DNA of 64,000 nucleotides from a virus. Taxonomy: Duplodnaviria; Caudoviricetes. Shown piece after piece: positions 58,707 to 64,000 of the stretch. The notes beneath the pieces are model-generated. The model worked only from the letters and a program-made list of their open reading frames with translations. It ran no database searches and was not told the origin of the DNA. The stretch lies in IMG/VR virus record IMGVR_UViG_3300028738_000008; one strand, 5' to 3'. Positions within the stretch are counted from its first letter, which is position 1, and each line of letters begins with the position of its first letter. The translations under genes were made by a program, and so were the position numbers.

Positions 58707-59054
58707 ATGACAAATAAAAACAATAATCAAATCTCTGGTAAAACTGATAACAATATCGCAAACACATATTCAGGTATAACCACTGGCATTATAAATGCAT
58801 TTCCTTGGAATGGCTCAGCTAGCACATATGTTACAGCACCAAAGTATTCAAGTGTTGAACTGATCGATACACTGATATTTGAAGACAGAATTGAATTGGT
58901 TTACAAGGGAGTACTTTCATTAAGTACATGGTCACAAGGTTATAATATCGAAATTTGGAAAAACGTATACGGATGCGTTGACGGTAAGTTTTCCATGATT
59001 GAACATGTAATCGGAGAATACATACCAGCACAAGATGAATCTTATAGCTTCTAA
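58707..59054 (+). CDS. Hypothetical protein
   Basis: After a host-type promoter. Confidence 0.65.
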   Translation: MTNKNNNQISGKTDNNIANTYSGITTGIINAFPWNGSASTYVTAPKYSSVELIDTLIFEDRIELVYKGVLSLSTWSQGYNIEIWKNVYGCVDGKFSMIEHVIGEYIPAQDESYSF

Positions 59055-59376
59055 GAAAATAAAACCATGACAAAAATTCATGGTTTTATTTTTAAATTAT
59101 CTTGTAGATTCAATATTAATTACTTACTTTTGTACAGCATAATAAACTAATAATTGTGCGACAATATAAACTAATAATTAATAGACGGCGATACAGTTCA
59201 CACATATCCTAGTTGCTCGAAAATTATATATTCTAGTAAACCAACTGTTTACAAAGAAGGCGACTATGGTCACTCATTTGCTTTTGGTTATTACATTATA
59301 AATGAGAAACTTGAGCATGTTTATATTAACACAAATCAAGATGAATATGTTAGGCTCTGGAAACAATACGTAAAAG

Positions 59377-59826
59377 TTGATGAAAAAGATATATCAAACA
59401 ATAATTGATAAAAATCATGGCAATTGCATGCAAGCTACTATTGCCAGTATATTTGATTTAACTTTAGATCAAGTTCCAAATTTTATTGAACTTGGATGCG
59501 AATGGTTTAATGTTATGGGACAAATGTATATTGATCGAGGCTATGACTTATGCTGTTTCAATCCTCAAAGAGATATTGAACAAACCAGAGAAGTACTTAA
59601 TATAGATAAGGGAGTTAATGGATATTGGGTTGCCACAGTTGATAGCATTTATTTTGGCAAGGCTGTAAGTCATTCAGTTATCATAGATAAAGACTTAAAT
59701 GTGGTGCATGACCCCAATCCGAATAATATAGGTCACGTCTATGAATTTGGCGATATAAAATCTATAGACGTGTGCGGAAAAAATAATTGGTATATAGATA
59801 TTGATGGAAAACTAATAATCAAATAA
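59377..59826 (+). CDS. Hypothetical protein, possible papain-fold remnant
   Basis: GNCMQA..A, SH.V, VVHDPNP. Confidence 0.55.
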   Translation: MMKKIYQTIIDKNHGNCMQATIASIFDLTLDQVPNFIELGCEWFNVMGQMYIDRGYDLCCFNPQRDIEQTREVLNIDKGVNGYWVATVDSIYFGKAVSHSVIIDKDLNVVHDPNPNNIGHVYEFGDIKSIDVCGKNNWYIDIDGKLIIK

Positions 59827-60077
59827 AATGGAAGAAAAAATGAAAATACTCTTATTGAGTGACGAAGAAGTAAAATGGCGAATATTCGAAGAAGCCACAT
59901 TAAAAGCATATGAACTCATTGGCGCAAATCCTGTGACAATTGAAGTTGATAACAATGATTATGGTTTTGATTTTGTTTATGGCTTCTGGGTTAATAACAA
60001 GTCCGAAGGCGGCAGAGTGCTGCTAAGCCGTGATAAAGAAAAATGTATTGAAATGTTAAAAATAATACTACCATAAA

Positions 60078-60461
60078 ATGGAAGAAGTTGAAGGATTAGT
60101 TAGCGACGAACAAGGTGAGCGTGTCGAGCCAGTTGTTGAAAACATTGGTAAAGAATTTTTTGAATGGGCAGATAAATACTGGTCACTTAATGTCTTTATA
60201 ACTAAGGGCATCGAAGTCGTAGGCAAACGAGAGGACTCAGAAGTATGTTTATATGAGATAATGAAAACATACTTTATAAAAAAGATTAATGAACTTGCTG
60301 AACAAAAATATGCAAAGCCTGAACCAAATAAAGAACTCTTAACGGAACTTTGCGACTATATTGGAACGCATATTTATAAAATTGGGAGGATTGCTCCAGA
60401 AGATATTCCTGTTCAATCAAATTCAGAACTAGTTGAAGAATTCTTAAAAACCAGAAAATGA
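60078..60461 (+). CDS. Hypothetical protein
   Basis: Part of a tightly packed operon. Confidence 0.65.
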   Translation: MEEVEGLVSDEQGERVEPVVENIGKEFFEWADKYWSLNVFITKGIEVVGKREDSEVCLYEIMKTYFIKKINELAEQKYAKPEPNKELLTELCDYIGTHIYKIGRIAPEDIPVQSNSELVEEFLKTRK

Positions 60462-60925
60462 TAAAGACATTGGCAGAATCATGTGTAATTAATGATATAA
60501 TCTCGGATATGTTTTTACCATACGAACTATCATTAAAATTAAAGGAACTTAAATTCAATGAACCCTGCTTGGCATTCTATGCAACAGATCCTTTCACTAA
60601 GGCAGATGATATGCAGCTAAAGATGGTAAAGCAATTACCAAATACTCCGATAGACGCATGTAGGAATTCAGAATTTGGAGGCAGCATAGCTGCACCAACA
60701 TTTCAACAAGCATCCGACTGGATATTGTTAAAGTATGGATATTTTATATCGTCAACATATGACACATATAAAAAGCTGCATGGAGCAATGGCTGGCGATT
60801 ATTATGACCTATATTTTGCTGGATATCATGCGACACAAAATATTGCTATGATTGCAATCATTAAAAAAATGCTTCTTTTAATATCTGAAAATTTACTTGA
60901 AGGGGATGGTAAATGCGAAAAGTAG
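60458..60925 (+). CDS. Hypothetical protein
   Basis: LKELKFNEPC...AAPTFQQA..W. Confidence 0.65.
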   Translation: MIKTLAESCVINDIISDMFLPYELSLKLKELKFNEPCLAFYATDPFTKADDMQLKMVKQLPNTPIDACRNSEFGGSIAAPTFQQASDWILLKYGYFISSTYDTYKKLHGAMAGDYYDLYFAGYHATQNIAMIAIIKKMLLLISENLLEGDGKCEK

Positions 60926-61818
60926 GCGAGTTCGAAGAGAGATTGAAAGCATACAACGAAGATCATTGCTGGCAATACGACATACGTGTGAAGAACATGG
61001 AAGCCGATCTAAGCAATGGACAGTTCGACGCCGACTACTGCGACAAATTAAGAGTCTCCGATTTTATATTCGAAAACATTATAGATAAAAAAGAACAGCA
61101 AAATCTTAAAAAGTTTATCGAACGTCATGAGTGGCTCGGAACATTATCTCAATATACGACACATTGGTTCGCTTGCTATCATATTCATAATGACGTAAAG
61201 ATAATCGCTGGCGTAATATTATTCAATGTTCCAAACTCCTTTAGCAAAATACTCGGCGAGGAAACTCCACAACTGGAAAGACTTATAAGCCGAGGTGCTT
61301 GCATATCATGGTCGCCAAAGAACTTGGCAAGTGCTTTCTTAATGTGGTGCATCACATGGATGGTAAAGAATACACAGTACAGACTATTCACAGCCTATTC
61401 AGACCCAACTGCAAAAGAATTAGGCACAATTTATCAAGCATGTAACTTTTATTACATGGGACAGAGTGCTGGAGCAACCAATCGCTACATAAATCCTTAT
61501 AACGGAAAGATTGTGTCCGATAGATATTTCAGACAAAAGACTTCTTACAAAAAGTTCGCAATCGAAATGGGAATCGAATGGCAAAAGAATTGGAATCACC
61601 CAACTGGAATGTGCTGGGATAATATGTCGAAAGAAACCGAACAAAGATTGAGGGACTATTCAAAAATGAAACAAAGTCAGGCAGAAATTATTCAAATGCC
61701 TTCTAAACATAAATATGCATATGTGCTCGGCGTAACCAAACACGAAACACGCCAATTGAGAAAGCTTTATGAGTCAAAGAATAAAAATCATGAATATCCT
61801 AAAGACAGAGGAAAATAA
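60913..61818 (+). CDS. Mom-like (GNAT-fold) DNA modification protein
   Basis: L.RL..; LFTAYSDPTAKELGTIYQACNFYYMG resembles the Mu Mom Y(A/S)D..GxxYQAxNxxYxG motif. Confidence 0.7.
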   Translation: MRKVGEFEERLKAYNEDHCWQYDIRVKNMEADLSNGQFDADYCDKLRVSDFIFENIIDKKEQQNLKKFIERHEWLGTLSQYTTHWFACYHIHNDVKIIAGVILFNVPNSFSKILGEETPQLERLISRGACISWSPKNLASAFLMWCITWMVKNTQYRLFTAYSDPTAKELGTIYQACNFYYMGQSAGATNRYINPYNGKIVSDRYFRQKTSYKKFAIEMGIEWQKNWNHPTGMCWDNMSKETEQRLRDYSKMKQSQAEIIQMPSKHKYAYVLGVTKHETRQLRKLYESKNKNHEYPKDRGK

Positions 61819-61862
61819 GAAATAGTTTCGAATAAAAACAGTATTTATAAAAAAATACATTT

Positions 61863-63326
61863 ATGACAGATATTATTAAGCTAATCAGCGAAGAACTTAA
61901 CAGACTAACACCTGTTGTACTCAATGAGAACCATATTTACGAAGCCGAAGACGATACAGAGGATCAAGAAGAACCCGAACAAGTTACACAAGCTGCAAAT
62001 AACTTCGAACAAATGGCAAACGCCGTTAAGCCAGAAGGCGACGTAGAAGCTATCGGAATGCCAAACGAAAGCCAAATAGGTGGCTTCACTGTCTATATTC
62101 CTGTAAGCAGAGAATACTCATTAAATAAGGTAATCGCCTCAATGATCAAAGCAGCGACTAAGCTCGGAGTCACTCCACCTGTTATAACCAAAGGCAATAA
62201 AACAACTAAGGTAGTTACAGTCGATGGCTACAAATATGCCGTAGACGTAATCCCTGTCAGCGTAAATGTTGATCAAGTGTTCAGAATGCCAGGTAATTAC
62301 AAGCTGGAAGCAGTCGTGGACACAAGAAGCGGCGGAAGTGTTGCAGTGGGTACAGACCCAATTCCTCATGAATTATTAAACGGTTCACAAGATTGCGACT
62401 ACTGTCACCAAAAAAGAGATCGTATAAAAAGCTTTATCGTAAGAGGCGGAGCAGACAATGGATATAAAACATTGGGAAGTAATTGTGTAAACAAATTCTT
62501 AGGAATTAATCCAGCCAAATATTTAAGAATGCTGGACGTATATTCATTGTTTAAAAACACAATGGAACAATTCGAAGAAGATGGCTTTGGAAACGAAGGT
62601 GGCGGCGGTGGATTTGGAATCAGTGCTAAACTAAGAATCTTTGATCTACCAAAAGCAATAACTATTGTTCATAATGTATTAAAAGCAGACGGTGGCAATA
62701 TTAAACGTGATTGGGTGTATCCTGATAATGGCAGAAAATACCAAACAAATGAAGGAGAAGCAACTGCTGATAAAGCAGAGGAAATTATGGACGACCCAGA
62801 CCAAAGAGATAACATAAAGGTAGACGAGGATTACGTGAAAGGCTTTATTGACTTTTTGAAAAACTTTGAAATACCTAAAGACGCCAAATACGAATTTCAA
62901 GAATATCTTCACAAGATGAAGGAAATCCCTAATAAAGATTTCAGATACGTCGATACTGCCTTCTTAGCTTCTGCCGAAAACTATTTCGACCAAAACCAAG
63001 CAAGACTCGCTGCGCCAGAATCAAACTTCGTAGGCGAAGAAGGTGCTAAAGTCAAAATAAAAGACGCTACAGTAACTGGCGTTCGCTCTGGCGACGGTGC
63101 ATACGGCACATGGTACTTATGGACATTCGTTGACCCAGCAGGTAACGTCTTAAAGAAATTCGGTGAACTTAATACAAAATTCAGAACCTTCGAAGACCCT
63201 AGACATGATGCATTATTAGGAGATATCAATAAAGGCGATAAATTCAGCTTTACAACGGATATTAAGAAACACGAAGTATTCAATAACCAAAAATCAACCC
63301 AGCTGGGCAGATTGTCTAAATTCTAA
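61863..63326 (+). CDS. Hypothetical protein with Zn-binding motif and C-terminal OB-like fold; possible head-internal protein
   Basis: MTDIIKLISEELNRL leader; CDYC..KR...LGSNC; TATTTATA at 61842-61849. Confidence 0.6.
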   Translation: MTDIIKLISEELNRLTPVVLNENHIYEAEDDTEDQEEPEQVTQAANNFEQMANAVKPEGDVEAIGMPNESQIGGFTVYIPVSREYSLNKVIASMIKAATKLGVTPPVITKGNKTTKVVTVDGYKYAVDVIPVSVNVDQVFRMPGNYKLEAVVDTRSGGSVAVGTDPIPHELLNGSQDCDYCHQKRDRIKSFIVRGGADNGYKTLGSNCVNKFLGINPAKYLRMLDVYSLFKNTMEQFEEDGFGNEGGGGGFGISAKLRIFDLPKAITIVHNVLKADGGNIKRDWVYPDNGRKYQTNEGEATADKAEEIMDDPDQRDNIKVDEDYVKGFIDFLKNFEIPKDAKYEFQEYLHKMKEIPNKDFRYVDTAFLASAENYFDQNQARLAAPESNFVGEEGAKVKIKDATVTGVRSGDGAYGTWYLWTFVDPAGNVLKKFGELNTKFRTFEDPRHDALLGDINKGDKFSFTTDIKKHEVFNNQKSTQLGRLSKF

Positions 63327-63328
63327 TC

Positions 63329-63754
63329 ATGAATACTATATTATGTGCAGCCTTTTGCGGTACAGGCAAAACATACTTCTGTGAGAAAAATGCTAAAGCC
63401 ATTGAAATAGAATACTGGAAGTATAAAGACAAAGGATTGCAAAAAGAGTATATTGCTGATGTGAAAAAACACTTTGGCAAGGTCAAGCATATTTTTATTG
63501 CTACCGATCCAGAAGGCTTGAAACTTTTAAATAATGAGGGATTTAATATAACTCTCATTTATCCGAATAATGAATTACGAAACGAATATCTTGATAGATA
63601 TATTGAAAGAGATAGCCCACATGAATTTATAGGGGCATTTATGAAATACTGGAATCTATGGATTGACGAATTAAAAGAACAAAAATATTGTGAACATATT
63701 ATATTAGAAAAGGGTCAATACTTGCAAGACGTTATCAAAAAACTAAAACCATGA
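63329..63754 (+). CDS. P-loop-containing small protein
   Basis: AAFCGTGKT. Confidence 0.65.
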   Translation: MNTILCAAFCGTGKTYFCEKNAKAIEIEYWKYKDKGLQKEYIADVKKHFGKVKHIFIATDPEGLKLLNNEGFNITLIYPNNELRNEYLDRYIERDSPHEFIGAFMKYWNLWIDELKEQKYCEHIILEKGQYLQDVIKKLKP

Positions 63755-64000
63755 ACATAAATAATATCATAAAAGACGAGTTATCCAAACTCAATGAAGA
63801 CGTCATCGAAAAGTCTAGCGACCCAAACACCATGTCATTCTATCATGGCGGCAACCTAGATCGCTATGACGATTCCTTATCTCAGAAAAAAGGCAGATAC
63901 GAATACGGTGCAGGCTTGTACTTAACAACCCACTACGAAACCGCTAATAAGTACTCCAAAGGCTCTAGGAAGATTTATATCATAGAAGTCAATAAAGGAA
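63751..64000 (+). CDS. ADP-ribosyltransferase-fold protein, truncated at the window end (not in ORF track)
   Basis: MNINNIIKDELSKLNE leader then FYHGG...YGAGLYLT....A.KY. Confidence 0.6.
   Translation, partial: MNINNIIKDELSKLNEDVIEKSSDPNTMSFYHGGNLDRYDDSLSQKKGRYEYGAGLYLTTHYETANKYSKGSRKIYIIEVNKG

Noticed and set aside
59150-59408. Possible amber-gated gene upstream of 59377
   Set aside because: The open frame is preceded by TAA-TAG with no in-frame ATG; more likely a decayed or non-ATG-start ORF next to a 13-nt duplication.
840-63283. Numerous antisense or alternative-frame ORFs nested in long genes (e.g. 840, 1305, 11769, 32600, 34951, 48722, 62981)
   Set aside because: Shadow ORFs of well-supported genes, with no motifs or upstream signals.
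1-64000. Genome-wide TAG or TGA recoding
   Set aside because: Long genes are intact under code 11. In-frame TAG was found only in pth2 and the adjacent minigene; TGA ends several genes.
1-64000. CRISPR array, rRNA, tmRNA, RNase P, integrase or IS element
   Set aside because: No repeat-spacer array and no recognisable signatures; the tandem repeats present are in-frame coding repeats.

Overview
Low-GC segment of a large (jumbo-type) lytic phage genome, probably infecting Bacteroidota: many host-type TTTG-N19/20-TAnnTTTG promoters, DUF285/BspA-like LRR proteins, a Bacteroidota-type NrdJ. No rRNA, CRISPR array or integrase is visible. 1-18.6 kb holds modular virion/adhesin genes. 18.9-47 kb holds about 40 tRNA or tRNA-like genes interspersed with accessory genes (NrdJ, vWA, HNH, glycosyltransferases, Gmd). 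47-64 kb holds glycosyl/methyltransferases, nucleotide-metabolism, Mom-like and hypothetical genes. Main finding: the tRNA genes form four operons. Each has a promoter, a short leader-peptide ORF and an intrinsic terminator, with a candidate antiterminator in the last leader codons (7-11 bp; weakest in operon 1). Each leader is enriched in the amino acids whose tRNAs follow (P/H/Q; L/D/E/V/A/W; K/Y; S/I/G/T/N/R/M/F/C), so the four units partition all 20 amino acids. This suggests ribosome-stalling attenuation of phage tRNA supply. Second finding: an amber-suppressor tRNA(CUA) lies next to a Pth2-like gene with TAG at codon 3 and an MRKI*IRPP* minigene, in a region that is otherwise not recoded. 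Two tRNAs lack a D-arm and carry a D-like hairpin in the variable position. All tRNA folds and protein families were assigned by eye; no searches were run.
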